The position numbers were made by a program, and so were the translations under genes. The notes beneath the pieces were generated by a model. The model had not been told where the DNA came from, ran no database searches, and saw only the letters and a list, made by a program, of their open reading frames with translations. A DNA stretch of 64,000 nt from Eledone cirrhosa (Eukaryota): NCBI GenBank assembly GCA_964016885.1, contig OZ024741.1, positions 102,734,001 to 102,798,000 of the forward strand. The letters run 5' to 3'. The first letter of the stretch is position 1. Each line of letters starts with the position of its first letter. This document shows positions 12,306 through 28,222 of this stretch, one piece after another.

Positions 12306-12650
12306 TTGTGCAATGGCCATACTCGATAACGAGGGGGCAGCCATCATGTATGTATGTATGTATGTATGTATGTATGTATGTATGTATGTATGTATGTATG
12401 TATGTATGAGCTTGCAGTGCTAAATATACGTGTATATGTATGTTGTCATGAGTATGTTTCTAGGTATATGTTTATAAATACATGTGTTCGATAGCATATG
12501 TGTGTAATGTGCAAATAAGTACAGCATGCATACAGTTACATATTAATTAATGTAAACATCATATACATATATATATATTTTCCAGGTACCTTATGAATTT
12601 GACTTACCGTATTTATTACTGTCGTGAAATATTGTGGCTTTTTTTGGTTG

Positions 12651-13045
12651 TAACTTCTCTGTTTTTTAGTCTAGGAAAATATTTATATATATACCTACGT
12701 ATATAATTACATGCATATATGTATTTATTTTCTGTTATTAATTGAGTTCTTTACACGAGGAATTAATATTGGTTTTGAAATAACTAATTAACCCGCGTGT
12801 GTTTTATATTTTACTCTTAATAATTCGGCCGGAGAATTATATTCCCATTTGCCCTTTATAGCATAACTTTCTGCATTTACTGCGGTTCTTATTCGGGTAC
12901 AACTTCTGTTTTAGCCTAAGAAAATATCTATATGCGTGTGTAATTTATACAAGCATATATTTATTTTTTTTATTTTCAATTGAGTTCTTAAACACGTTGG
13001 ATTGATAATGTTTTAAAAAAAACTAATTAACCCGCGTGTGTATTA
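12651..13045 (+). repeat. Diverged ~150-bp direct repeat, period ~250 bp
   Basis: aacttct..gttt(t)tag.cta.gaaaatat...ttgagttctt..acacg...aactaattaacccgcgtgtgt at ~12651-12802 and ~12901-13041. Confidence 0.75.
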
Positions 13046-13538
13046 TTTTTTTTCCTCGTTTCGTGGGTATTCTCCCCTTCCCGCTTCGTGTCGCTATGAT
13101 ACTTCCTCAGTCAAAAATTGCTGGAATTTCAAATTTGGCGGTCATTCGAGGTGAGAGAGAGCAACTTTACGGACATGATTTTTGACAGCGGTAAGAAATT
13201 GTTTTCTTATATCAATGTTTAATGGGCTTCCACTGATGATTTATAAGTGCCCACCTAAATATATTCTTACATGAATATATATTAGGCTTCTACATAAACT
13301 GGAAACATTCTCCCAAACTTGTAGAAAACTTATAATGAAACAATTGTTTGGAAAGAGAGATATACTTTAACTTTAATTATATCTCATAAAATAATACAAC
13401 TGGTTTTTCCACATTATACATATTGTTAGCACCCCAAACACTTAAATTGGATTTACATTTTAATATAACCTAATGTTTGTTGAGTGAGATGCTTACCAGT
13501 CAGAGTTTAGCTTTAAACTATCTCTGTTATTGTATTAA

Positions 13539-13596
<58 letters not shown>

Positions 13597-13914
13597 CTGG
13601 AATTCTATGAGAATTCAGCTTCTATGATTTCGGCAAAGGCGGGGATGTACGTTGCTTTGATGATCACCAACAGTGTGAAACAGACTCTGTTAGCTTCTCT
13701 CCCTTCTTTTGCCGAAAAGAAGAAGTAAGTGACATAGTCACTACTTTAAAAATGATAGCGCAAGGTCTTCAAAATGTTTTTAATTAAACATACGGTATAT
13801 TGCCAAATATACTATACATACATTTATGTATACATCGCTATTTCAGAACACCAATCCTAATATATATATATGTATATATATATGTATATATATATTTATA
13901 CAGACACAGACACA

Positions 13915-13996
<82 letters not shown>

Positions 13997-14189
13997 AAAT
14001 TTAATCCATGTAAACAATACGGTAAAGCTTAAACTGTACAATTCGATGATTGAATGTAAACGGATTAAGCTTCGCCGGGGGGCGTATATGTCTTTAAATA
14101 ACTACTCGCTTCTTTCTTTAACGTATGGACTACTAACTTAAATAATGCTCCTGCTAGTCTTTTAAATAGTAACATATTATCGACCCCCA

Positions 14190-14422
14190 CCCCCCATATA
14201 TATATACATATATATACCTCGACATTTGATCGACTTTCGTCAAATCGGACTGATGAATTGGTCTTTCCAATTGTTAATACACTCTATCGGTCGCAAGTCC
14301 AGGTAGAAGAAGCAACGTGAAATAAAGTGTCTTGCTCAAGGACATAAAGCATCGCCCAGTCCAGGAATCAAGCTCAAAACCATTATGATTGCGAATCCAA
14401 TTCTTTTACCACTCAGCCACAC
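14190..14422 (-). mobile_element. tRNA-derived SINE with CORE-like domain, decayed
   Basis: Minus strand reads gtgtggctgagtggtaa (A box), ttgattcctgg (B-box-like), then tgtccttgagcaagacacttta. Confidence 0.7.
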
Positions 14423-14820
14423 TTAAATACATTCTTTAATTTATACTTCCATTTACAATCGTACATGTGTATGAAAACAATCGGAAATAATTAATTAGCA
14501 ATTATTAACATAATACATATAACTCCATTTCTTCAGGAAATGTGAGAAGGAGCAAAGTTTTACGAAATTCAAAAAGTAATAATAGACTCCCATATCAAAT
14601 ACTGGGAGTAAAGCAAGTATTAAAAAATATTGTATATGGGTTGTTGTAAAGTGCAGAAAGATTTGAGATAAAAAGCATTACCTCATTATTATCCAAAATG
14701 TTATAATTTTCTCCTCATATAGTTAGTATAATAGTTGTTGTTAGTTAGATGAAATAGATGTGCACGAGCGGGAAGCAATTAAGGAAAGCTTATTTGAATA
14801 GCAGCGGTAAGCATTTCACG

Positions 14821-16661
<1,841 letters not shown>

Positions 16662-16698
16662 TCTATACACACACACTCACACACACATATATATATAC

Positions 16699-16734
<36 letters not shown>

Positions 16735-16784
16735 TCTTTTGCTCCTTATGATATCGTGTGTTCGTAGGATTTGGTTCATTCTAT

Positions 16785-16870
<86 letters not shown>

Positions 16871-16872
<2 letters not shown>

Positions 16873-17413
16873 TTAATTGTAAGAGACTACTGTGAGTTTC
16901 TAACTCACTATATATTTGTCGGCTCCATTATGTAGAGCTAATTTTAATGTCTTGTTAACCAGGCTGCTATTTTTAGCGGCATAGGATTTCGAGACAAGCT
17001 GGGTTCCGAAGACATATGCGCTAATTCAAATCGCACAAATTTCAGTCTTCTAATATTTTTAGAAGTGGTAGGATCGCTAATTTCTCAACAACTACTGATG
17101 ACCAGAGAAACGGTGTTTGACTTCGCTTAATAAGATGTTGCGAAACAGTTTCCAAAACTGTCTAGTTGTTACCAGGCAATTGCCCGATATAGGTCTGTTA
17201 TTTTTCTTAATTTACTACTTAAAATTAAGTCTGACAAACCATATTGCTGTAGTTAGTATTTTTTCACCCTAGCAAACCTAGTCCTTACGATTCGAACACT
17301 TGTATGTATATTAGTGTTCATCTCTCTTGTTTATTCAATTATATTACACGGCTCGGAAAACCTTTTTCTTAGAGCTATTTAATTGTAAGAGACTACTCTG
17401 AGTTTCTAACTCG

Positions 17414-17415
<2 letters not shown>
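16871..17415 (+). mobile_element. ~506-bp non-coding unit with ~40-bp terminal direct repeat and a hammerhead ribozyme, inserted in (TA)n (retrozyme- or solo-pLTR-like)
   Basis: atttaattgtaagagactact(g/c)tgagtttctaactc(a/g)cta at 16871 and 17377; (TA)n on both sides. Confidence 0.75.
17087..17170 (+). ncRNA. Type I hammerhead ribozyme motif
   Basis: Stem I AACAACTA/TAGTTGTT (8 bp); CTGATGA at 17095; GAAA at 17142; stem III CAGTTT/AAACTG; GTC cleavage triplet 17160-17162. Stem II weak with a C-C closing mismatch. Confidence 0.75.
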
Positions 17416-17448
<33 letters not shown>

Positions 17449-17769
17449 AATTTAAATTAAGATTTGAATTTGCTGTGTAAACACAGATAGTTAAATCTTC
17501 TCCCTTGTTGAAAATCCGTAATTTGGCTACCCTAGTTTACCGATCGATTGATGGTGAAATATATTTCTTTAATGAAATATATACAAGGAAGATTAATCAA
17601 TTTATAAGGTATCTATATTTAAAGTTCTAGTTAAACTTTAATTAGTTACCTACCTAGCTATGTGTGCTTACACACTTTTACAAATTATTGCCTGTGATTG
17701 TTTTATATGTTTATTTTAGATATATATATATGTCAATCAATTTCTAGTTGATATATATATATGTGTGTA

Positions 17770-17892
17770 AAAGGTAAACAGAAATAACAACACAATCAGT
17801 ATAGTATATGGGAGGAATATATTAGGTTAACGCTTCAAATAGCAGGAAGAGGGTCTTAATGTTTCGGACGCTAGTCCTTTATCAGAAGAAAT
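17770..17892 (-). mobile_element. Penelope pLTR remnant with degenerate minimal hammerhead
   Basis: Minus strand tctt-CTGATAA-aggac-tagc-gtcc-GAAAC-att-aaga; preceded by (TA)n. Confidence 0.5.
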
Positions 17893-18459
17893 AATGAAAA
17901 GATAGAGGGGACGGGCAGGGCAGAATCGGAAAAAATGTAGGCAATATAAAACACACAAACACTGTTAAATTTATAATTTTTGTTTATTTCCTGATGTCAA
18001 AAGTTTCGTTGTACCCTCTGTGATCTGGTCAGTGATGCAGCTCTATTGTAACTCCAAGATATAAACTAAAAATATAAAGTAAAATTAATAGCTGTTGTGC
18101 ATTTTTTAATAGCTCAAATGGAGTCATTTGAGTATAACATCTTAGACATCAACAGTAATTCCTAACGTATTTTTTCTTGCGACTGATCTCTTCGGAGATA
18201 ATCCTACAGGCTAGTCTGTGACCTTAACATATACAAAAGCTCGATCATTTCAGGATATCTGGTAGAATTTCGTTACCAAGGCAGCACGCTTTGAAAAGTC
18301 GTTTCAACGTACCTGGAAAACAAGGTACTTGTTATATAAAATCAATCGGGATATTGCATTCTTATTCAACAGAATGAATAGCCTTCTTCGTTCATTGTCA
18401 CTTAAACTTATATCTTTACATAATGTTTGGCAGTACAGAAGAAGGGAAGAGCTGTTCTG

Positions 18460-19985
18460 TTAGAGAACGGGTCGTAGGTGACGGATAGCGATGCGGCCAC
18501 AAGATATGATGGTTAGTTGCGATATAAGCGGGCAGCTACCGAGCAAACAAACTCCGGACCAAAAGCGATAAACTACTAGGTGATATGGAGCAATGGATGA
18601 CACCTGTAGCTCCCAAGAAAAAATCTCACAACCCATTGATATAGCTATGACAAGGCGAGTAAAGTCCGCCTCTAAAAAAGCCTAGTCTCCATTATTTCAT
18701 ATCGCAGAAACTGGGGATGGCCCTGCGACATGACTTGGGAGGCATGGCATGGATGCACAAAGATTGCATATGCTCAGAGAGTATTCGGAAGGGAAAAAAA
18801 CCTTGATAATTTGAACCTGAAACATCACAACCCTTGAAGCTTAAACTGAAAGATAGGTCTCTGTGGATGGTGAAAGTTTATGCACCAGAACAAGGTGTCC
18901 GAATACAGATCCCTTTTTTGATGAAGTCACTGCAGCGTTATATGTAGTTAAGAGTCATATTTCCGGAGGAGGAACTTCAATGCACATGTTGGCACTGACC
19001 ACCTGGCATGAAAAGAAATTATTGGAAGGAACAGCAATTCTGATCTAAATACGAATGGCAGGCCTTGTTAGACTTCTGTTCTAGTAATGGACTCGCTATA
19101 ATGAACACCTTCTTTCAGCACAGAGACATCCATAAATATATATAGCATAACAGGACTAGGAATGCAGATACTATCGTATCCAAATTCAGAGAACTCCCTG
19201 AGCAAATTAAGGCGGTTGAAACAGAGTGGAGATTGTTCAGCTCAGCAGTTTCTGCTTCAGCTGTGAAAGCTATGTGCGAAAGAGCCTTGCTGTGGCACCG
19301 GATGGCACGAGGACACCTTGGTTCAATCAGGAGGTCAAAGATGCCATCCGAGCAAAAACGAGGCCTACAAAGCTTGGCTAGGAAATAAGTTTTTCTTCTT
19401 GACCTTGCGATATAAGCAGGCACGATGAATCGCAGCAGAGACCGTAAAGATGTCCAAAGTTAAGACATGGGAGGACTCTGGGATTCAAACTGGTATCCGA
19501 CTTCAGATCAAAAAATAAAGTGTTCTATCAGGCCATCCGCCGACTTATTAAGAAGTCCTCATCTACACCTGTTATCAGGAACGCGTCTCGGGTTCTCCTC
19601 TCTTCAGAGAGGTGCATTATCGCGAGGTGGAGAGAATACTTCGCTGAGCTCCTAAGACTGACCACAACAGAATCTTCTGATATACACGAGGTGCATCTGG
19701 GAGCGTTGATTAATCTCTCGAAGGCTGAGGTATTAAGAGCATTTAAATAGTTCGAAATGTTAAAAGCCTTACATAGAGAAGATATTCTCTAGCTGACTCA
19801 TGTCTGCCGGGTGGCCTGAATCTCTGGAAAAGTACCTAAGCAATGATAAAAAGGGAGACGAGAACGATTGTTCCAATTACAGAGGGATCTCCTTGTTAAA
19901 CCTCCCCGGTAAAGTATATGCTAAGTCTCTGGCAAAGAGGCGTAGGGAGATTGTCTAGTTCAAGATAGGTGAGGCTCGGTTGATA
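18460..19985 (+). mobile_element. Heavily decayed, internally deleted RTE-clade LINE (APE remnant and start of RT)
   Basis: Translatable remnants YAP, FNAHVG, FCSSNGLAIMNTFFQHRDIHKY, RWREYFAELL and CSNYRGISLLNLPGKVYAK; many stops. Confidence 0.8.
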
Positions 19986-20144
19986 GCTTCCGAATAATGG
20001 TCGGACGAAGATGGTTTCGATAGCCCCCCCCCCCCCCACCACCACCACCACTTTTTTGCGATGAGAATCATGGATGTTTGTATTTTCTATTTTCCTTGAC
20101 CTTCAGTAATGAGAATGGGAAGAGACAGAAGATATATATATATA

Positions 20145-20227
<83 letters not shown>

Positions 20228-20667
20228 GAGAAAAACCACAAATCCTCCATCTCAATTCTACCTTTGATAAATATGAGAACTGTGAAACAGGTAAAAGAAC
20301 CAAATAAATATTCTCAAAAAGACTACAGTTGCATTTTCGATTTCATTTTTTTTTCGTTCATTTCCAGAGAACGTCTCCACGAACCACCTAATAGAATATT
20401 AGTCTACGACTTCATTTATACCATAAACGTGCTTTTGTCTTTGCGTGTAATTGTTTTCACCGCTCCAAATAATGACGTATTATCTTCGTTTTTTTTTCGT
20501 TCTTTGCCAGGGAACGTTTCCACGAACCAAAGTATCGTCTTCCTGTCTTCCTTCGGTTGCAACGTTTTTTCCAAATATTTACTTCTGCGTTCACAGATTG
20601 ATTTTTTTAGTTTCAGAAGATCCCGTTAAGGGTGAAAGCAGCGATTCTTTGCTTAAACTTTAATCTG

Positions 20668-20733
<66 letters not shown>

Positions 20734-20796
20734 GGTAAACATTGATGCGATTCAATTCAAGCATTCTATTTACTTTTTCCGCATAAGTATATTTAT

Positions 20797-21229
20797 AATA
20801 AGAAAATGCGAAATAGTTTCAGGTGTTAAAGTCCTTTATTGATAAGGCTGTGATACATATTTAAATGACGACAGTGGCCACACGATTCCACCTGACCAGT
20901 GCCATGATCTCTTCAGACAGCTTCTTACATAATAAGGTTACGTTATCCAGGCAATCCAAATTAAAACGACGGGCGAATGCTTCAAGAACATCATCTTTGT
21001 CCGTTCACTTAAAACGACAAGGGAACGGACAAAGATGATGTTCTTGAAGCATTCGCCCGTCATTTTAATTTGGATTGCTTGGATAACGTAACCTTATTAT
21101 GTAAGAAGCTGTCTGAAGAGATCATGGCACTGGTCAGGTGGAATCGTGTGGCCACTGTCGTCATTTAAATATGTATCACAGCCTTATCAATAAAGGACTT
21201 TAACACCTGAAACTACTTCGCATTTTCTT

Positions 21230-21232
<3 letters not shown>
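20797..21232. repeat. Near-perfect fold-back, ~210-bp arms and 16-bp spacer, inside a (TA)n-flanked insert
   Basis: 20797-21006 is the reverse complement of 21023-21232 with about 3 mismatches. Confidence 0.95.
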
Positions 21233-21273
<41 letters not shown>

Positions 21274-22604
21274 CAGACAAATCAGTTTGAACGTGTGTGC
21301 GTATAGATATAGATTTGTTTTGATGTATTTGATGTATGTGTTAGTGTTTGCATGTAGAAATACCTATTGATGTGTATGACATTCCTTTTCGAATATCATT
21401 AGAAATGTTAGAAATTGTATTAGAGTTGTTTTTGAAACTTGTTTATTTTATGAGTCTTTTTATTCCCTCTTTTATTCATTTGTCTTTTTTCTTTCTATAT
21501 CTTAATATATAACTCCTCTGTTATTTTAATAAATATTTGCTATACGGTTCTTATATATTTGATATATATTTTTCCTTATCAAGCCTCTTTGGATTTTAGT
21601 CTTCAAATTTATTATTATTACTATATATATATATATATATATATATTGCGGAAAAAAATTCTCGTTATTCTGTTATTCTGTTTGCGTAGTTCATTATTAT
21701 ACGAATAAGTTTGCATATAATATCCACCAACCTTAATACACCAATACCGCACCCAAACGCATCTAAATATTATGTGTGTATGCACGCGCGTGCGTGTGCA
21801 GATAGATGTTTTCTCTGTAGATATATATCGATCTATATGATTACTTTTGTGTTTCTTTGTTTGCTTGTATATGGGGTTTAAACGTTAACCACGGAAGACG
21901 TGACATACTGGAATAACTAAAAATATATATTCTTTCTTTGTTTGATTTAAAACCTTTTAATTCGCATTTTATATATAATTTCACTTGTCATGAAACCTTC
22001 AAATATTTAAACATCCATTTAAAATGCTCCTTATCCAAAAGAACTCTTTTTATTAGAATTTATTTAAAATATGTTTATGATATCACTAAACGGGCTAGAA
22101 CCATTCTTTATTTTTTCCCGAATCTCTTTCCTTTATATGTTTCACTCGATACCTTCCCCTTGCTAAATAGAAGAACGCATCAAAATGTATTAACATTATC
22201 ATGAAATAAAGGAAAAATAAGAAAATAATCATATAAAAGGGACAAAAAAGATAATGGTGTGAGGACAGCTGTTTCAGATAAATACTATAGTCATGTTTTA
22301 GTACATACTCAATATATCACACGTTCCATATATATTTGCGGCCTAAAAAGATTAACTTTATTAATTGCAGGAAATTTAGTATCTCCTGTGTATCTTTTAA
22401 TTCTTTACTTGGTTTCCTTTTTTGTTTTCTCATTCTCTCGTTTTCTTATATTTACCTTATCTAAAATTTCCTTTTAATCTATCTATTTATCTTTCTAGAA
22501 TTACTTTTTTTTATTTCCTTTATATCCTTATCATTTTATACTTTCTTCTATCTATCTATCGATCTATCGATCTATCTATCTATCCATCTATTTATCTATC
22601 TGTC

Positions 22605-22747
22605 TAAACTGTCTCCCTCTATTGGGGAAAATCGACTAACTTTTTAAATTCCATTTGTGATAACATTTTACACGTTTTTATTGTATGTAAACTTCCCCCT
22701 TTGTATTTGTCCCCTTCTTTTGTGCCCCTGTGGCTAATAAAGAAACA
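22605..22747 (+). mobile_element. Short 3' end of a Tx1/L1-like LINE within (TATC)n
   Basis: tgtaaacttcccccttgtatttgtcccc..gtggctaataaagaaacatatc closely matches the 3' end at 29714-29778. Confidence 0.7.
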
Positions 22748-22774
22748 TATCTATTTATCTATCTGTCTATCTTT

Positions 22775-25700
22775 ATGGGTAGATGTGTGCCGGCTCGCTG
22801 GTGAGTTTTTGTTTAATTTTCTACCAGAAAATCTGATATTTGTAAATTTTATTTTAGATTGTTTTAGAGATAAACCAACCACCTGAAACTTCAGGTGGTT
22901 TGTTTCTCTAAGTTTCAAACGCTTAGGGGCGAAAATTTGCTCTGCAATTTCGGGAAATTGAAAAAATATATCTGTGAAATTTAAGTATATCGGAAGGGAC
23001 CTTACATTCTCAGAAACTAGAGAACGCTCCTGGACAAGACGGTTTGAAAGAAGACGTTATGACTTCTACTGCTGTTATGCCGGCTATCGCCATGACAACA
23101 GTGTCAACAGACAGTAGCATGAAAACTTTTCGTAATGAAGAAATTACAAAAATCAGCAACTTAACAAATGGAAAAACAACACATGTCACCAACGAAAACA
23201 ACAACAATATGAACACAAACCAACTGAGAAACAAAGACACCAACAACAATGAAAATAATAACCAAAATGACAAAAACAATAAAAACAACAACAGCACAAG
23301 TGACAACAAAAACCAAATACATACGAAAAAGACATTTGCAGCAACAGTTGCCAAGGAGACGGATTTCATAGAAATAGACATCTGAAATAAAGCGCAGTAC
23401 CTGAAGGACACTGCGCAATATATAACAGTCGAGGAAAATGGATTTCATATCAACACCCCGCCAAAAATTAGGGCCGAAAACCCCAAGAAAACTCTTTTCT
23501 ATTGAAATGTGTCTATAGAAGCGTGAAAACCTGTTTCCTTGCCTCAACATACAGTGGGAGGTGTGTTGAGGGAGGTAATGCCAGATATTGCCTACCTTCA
23601 GAGGGCCAAACAGTATGGGAGCATCTCGGTGCGCTTCAAATGCGAGGCCCTCGGTCAAAAATATTCGGTGGCTCCGATTAAAACGAGCCAATACATCTTT
23701 TCCCCTACATTCATGGGAAGAAGAACACACAAAATAAGGGCCTCCCAGATCCCACCGAACACTAACATTTGGTGGATCCTGGGTGGCTTTTTTAGAGGAG
23801 AGTGAAGACACCTTCCTCTCTATAATGAAACCAGCTAGGTATAACTGGAATGGGACCTCGGTGGAACTCCTGATCCAAATGAAGCCAGAAAGAGTTTCGA
23901 AGATACCCGAAAGGGTACATGTTGATAACAGCCATGTTATCAACATCACCATGGTGAGCAGAATACCACAATGTGTTCGATGTGGAAAGAATACCTATAT
24001 TGAAGCATTCTACCCAATGCTAAACACACCAAAACAGAACAAAAATCATCAACATCACTCCACCAACATAAACAAAAAAAGACACCACACCAAAATTTCC
24101 TGAAGGACTCTCTCTTACCCCTTACCTTATGTCTGACACTCCCACAAACACACACACAAACACTCTACAACCACACAACATACCCCTCCCACATACCCGA
24201 ATGATAACACCTCAGACACAGCAACCTTCTCATCTCCGAGCGAGGATGAAGAGGAGCCCCCCGCCAAAAAGGAGAGAGAGAGAGACCGCAAAAACACAAA
24301 AGCACCAATCACCAACACAAACACACAGCCCCCACCACAAACGACAACTACACTAACACAGACACCACCACAACCCCCACCCAGCCACTAGCAAAACAAA
24401 CACAACACCACCACAAGCACAAATGTCCACCACCAAAAGAAAACTAGAGAACAAACAACAAACAGAAACATCACAGCAAAAATTCAAACCACACTACACA
24501 TACATTAACACCACAAATAGAGGCCATCACGAAAGACCCCACCAACCAGACAGAAGGAAAGACCTTCACCATCACAAACACAGCACCACACCTAAAACTG
24601 ATACGAGTTCCAACACAAACTTACAGTTTTCTTAAAGAAAATTTCCCCATGATGTTGGACCCCAGTGCCAAAAACCCCTCAACCGTATACTCCTGAAATG
24701 CTTCCCCACCCCACCAAACACCCCCACCACCAGCATGGAGATCGAACAAGCCGATCCCCATGAAATTAAAAGGCAAGTGAGCCTTGTTCCTTCTTGTTTC
24801 TCTCCCTAACTCTTCTTCACCGACATGGCGACTGTATGAGTTAGATGTTTGAATGTGCGTGGCCTGGGGATGTCCTAGAAACGGCCAACTTTTAAATGAT
24901 CTCAGCTCACACCGTATAGATGTGATAGCCGTCAGTGAGTCCAATATCCACAACAAGCAGCAGTTGACCCCCTTGTTCAATGACTTTGAGATCTACGCAT
25001 CTCTTTGTCAGCCAGGAGGTGAAGAGGGAGTTGCTGTTTTATTTCGAAAAAAAACTGGATCTCGAAGTACGGACAATCTACTTGGACCCGGAGGGCAAGT
25101 TGGTGGTCCTAGACGTGAATGGTGGTGAAGGTAGTGCTTTCAGACTGGTGGCCGTCTATGCCCCGACTGGGACATCGCGGCCAGAGTTCTTTAAGCATCT
25201 GGAATCTCGCTCTTTACTGTTAGTGGAGGCGTTAGGACTATGTAGGAGCATGCAATAGTAGAGGGAGATGTAACAGCCTCAGAAATCTCATCAGCCAATT
25301 CCAACTGGCTGATAGATACCGACTAGATTTCCTATGTTCACCACTGTGGACGTGGAGCAACCGCACTGGGTCTTCTAGATCGTATTTGGATAGACAAAAC
25401 AATAGGGGAACATTAAGCTGTCCACAAATGCACAGGGTTTCCCATTCAGACCACAAATTAGTGATTTGCATAGTCAACCTTGATAGAACACATAGACAGG
25501 GACTCGGATACTGGAAGCTAAACATGTCGTTACCGACACGTAAAGCTAGCAGTGAACAGATTAGCAGTTTAGTTAAACGCCAGTTGACGGGGACCCATCG
25601 TCAACAATAGGTGGTGGTGCTCTCTCAAGAGAGCATTTAGAGTAGGATCGATAGCCTTTAGCAAGGAAGTAGCTTTAAAGAAGAACAAGACAGAGAAGAA

Positions 25701-28222
25701 ACTGGTACCCAAAGTAGAAGAGGTACTTAGGAGTGGTGATGCAGCTGGCGTGCTGGTAGCGAGAACGGTACTGGGCCAGTTCTTCAATGTGAAACACGAA
25801 GGTTGTATTGTTAGAAGTAGAAGTAGAAGTAGAACACGTGCTCTGAGAAGCGAAGAAGCGGAAGCTATTAGCTGGGCCCGAGTGGCAGAGGCTAAAAGTG
25901 GCAATAAATCCACAATTCGGTCTTTGAAAGACCAAGACGGACGCAGGCTACGTAAAACCAGGCAGATGCGCACGGCTTTCCAGCAGCACTTTGCACAACT
26001 GTTCGGGATAACGCACTTCAGTTCCTATCTCGACGGCCTACCGTGACTATCGAACACGGATGCAGAGAGCTGCGAAAGGCCGATCACAGCCGCTGAAATA
26101 GAAGACGCCCTAGGCCAGTGGGGGAAGCGTAAATCACCCGCTCTAGATGGTCTACCCTAAGAGTTTTACATAGGCATGCCACACTTGTTCTCTGACATCC
26201 TCGAAGCGGTCTACTACAACTGGCAGCAGAACGGGATAATTCCCAGTTCTGTAAGTCGTGGCGTAGTAATGCTGATCAGGAAAGACGAGAACAAAGGGGA
26301 CAACAAAAGTAATTTCAGGACCATAACTCTGCTCAGCACAGAGTTGAAGATTTCTGCTAAGGTGTTAGCAAAGAGGCTGGCGCTTGTCATTGAGATCCTG
26401 GTGAGGAAAGCACAAACATGTGCAATCCCGACCAGGTCCATACACGACAACCTCTACCTCATGGCGATACATCATAGAGAGGATAGGGTGTAAACCTGGC
26501 TTCGGTAGGGTTTTGATCAACTTAGATAAATCTAAGGCATTCGATAGGGCCGACCATCAATACATGGAAACGGTTCTCAAGGCGATCGGCTTCGGACCCG
26601 TCTTCAGAAACTGGATCGCAGCCATGCACAGCAACATCCGCTCAGCAGTCAAGGTGAATGGCTACCTATCAGAGCCATTCCAAATCACGCGTTACATCCG
26701 TCATGGATGCCCTCTCTCCTTCATTCTGTATGTACTTACTCTCAAGCTACTACTGCGGAAGTTGGAGCTGTTGCAGGGTATATCGTTGGAACCAGGACTG
26801 CGAAAAGTAGCGTCGGGTTATGTTGACAACGTGACCGTAATGATATCGAAAACCCCAGAAATCGGGGTGATCGGTAACTTACTACAGAAATAAGAAACGC
26901 TGACGGGAGCAAAACTGAACTCGGACAAGTCTGTCGGTTTGCACCTCGGCACGTGGAGAGGCAAACCAATGCCGTTCGACAGCGTCATTGGACGCTGGAC
27001 GGAATGACCGGTAAAAGTTTGAGCGGACGTGGCGAACACTTACATAGAGTCCGTCATCTACTACCGCTTGACAGTCGTGCATTTTCCCTGCTATCGCCTC
27101 GCCAAAATGGAACGCTTGCTCTTCAAGTTCCTTTGGAAGAAACAGGCTCCATTTGTGAGGAGATCCATTTGCTGCCAACACCTTTCCAACGGAGATCAGG
27201 GCATGCCGAGGCTGATGATGGGCAAACTTGCGCTGAGGATACGCCATCTCCAGGTATTCCTGACTGATGAACTGGTGTGGTCGTCGTTTGTGAGACAAGC
27301 TTTTCTGCAATTCATCTTGCTAACGGAGCTGCAGTCCTGGGTCAAGCGAAGACCGAAAAAGGGCTCCTGACCCATCGAGTGCGCTCAGGTGCTCACAGTC
27401 CTCTATCAGGCGGACACGGAAATCAGTGGGGACTCTACATCAACATTCTATAGAGGGTTAGTGGAGTATAAGTGCATCGACGTTCTCGGGGAGACTTTAT
27501 GCGTCGAACAGGACGAACTGGCCAGTCTGTTTGAGAGGATTTTCCGCCCGGGACCTATGGATAACTTCCAGAGGTCTCTGGCCTGGCAGTGTTACCTAGA
27601 AGCTCTAACAGTTCGTGCAAGATCGACAAGCACGGGCGCCCTGGCCGGGATCCTGCCAAAAGGACCTGTCCAAGATGCGAGCGAAACATTGAAACCGTTC
27701 TGCACGCAACTGTACAGTGCCCATAGGTGGCCGATCTGTAGAACTATGTCGAACAGCTACTGTCACGTGTGGGATAAATAAAGTTGACAGCCTAGTTTTC
27801 CTCTGTCTGGTGGCTATGGCGAAAGCGGTAATATGGTGGACGAGATTAAAAGGATTGAGGAGAGACACCTTCCTGTCCGGACAACAACACATTCCCTTCT
27901 TTAATTACCACTTTAGAAGGAAAATGAGAATGAAGAGAGAGAGGTGCTGCACCCCTGTAAACTCGCTGAATGGTGGATGAATGTAGCGAAAATTGCCCGA
28001 GTGATTGTGCCTTCTCTGTATAAAAACCTGTAGGTTGAAGAAGAGAAAAGAGAGAAGACAGGAGCACTTACAAAACATGTTCCTGGAGTTCACTCAATTG
28101 GGGATTTCGATTATGTAGTATTTTATAACTGTTAAAACTTTTTTTACACACTTAAATGTAAAATCCCCACCATACGTCCTGTAATGTCCCATTGCTTGTG
28201 CGCCCTTATGGCAAATAATGAA

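Larger units (their letters stand above)
7894..12408 (+). mobile_element. Apparently full-length RTE-clade LINE with microsatellite-containing UTRs
   Basis: Structured leader 7894-8180, intact ORF, then microsatellites, a 3' stem-loop at ~12313-12345 and a (TATG)n tail. No TSD recognised. Confidence 0.8.

Noticed and set aside
18253-18324. Possible host exon (tttcag...aag/gtact) with one open frame
   Set aside because: Weak splice signals, no recognisable protein and no partner exons; would need RNA-seq.
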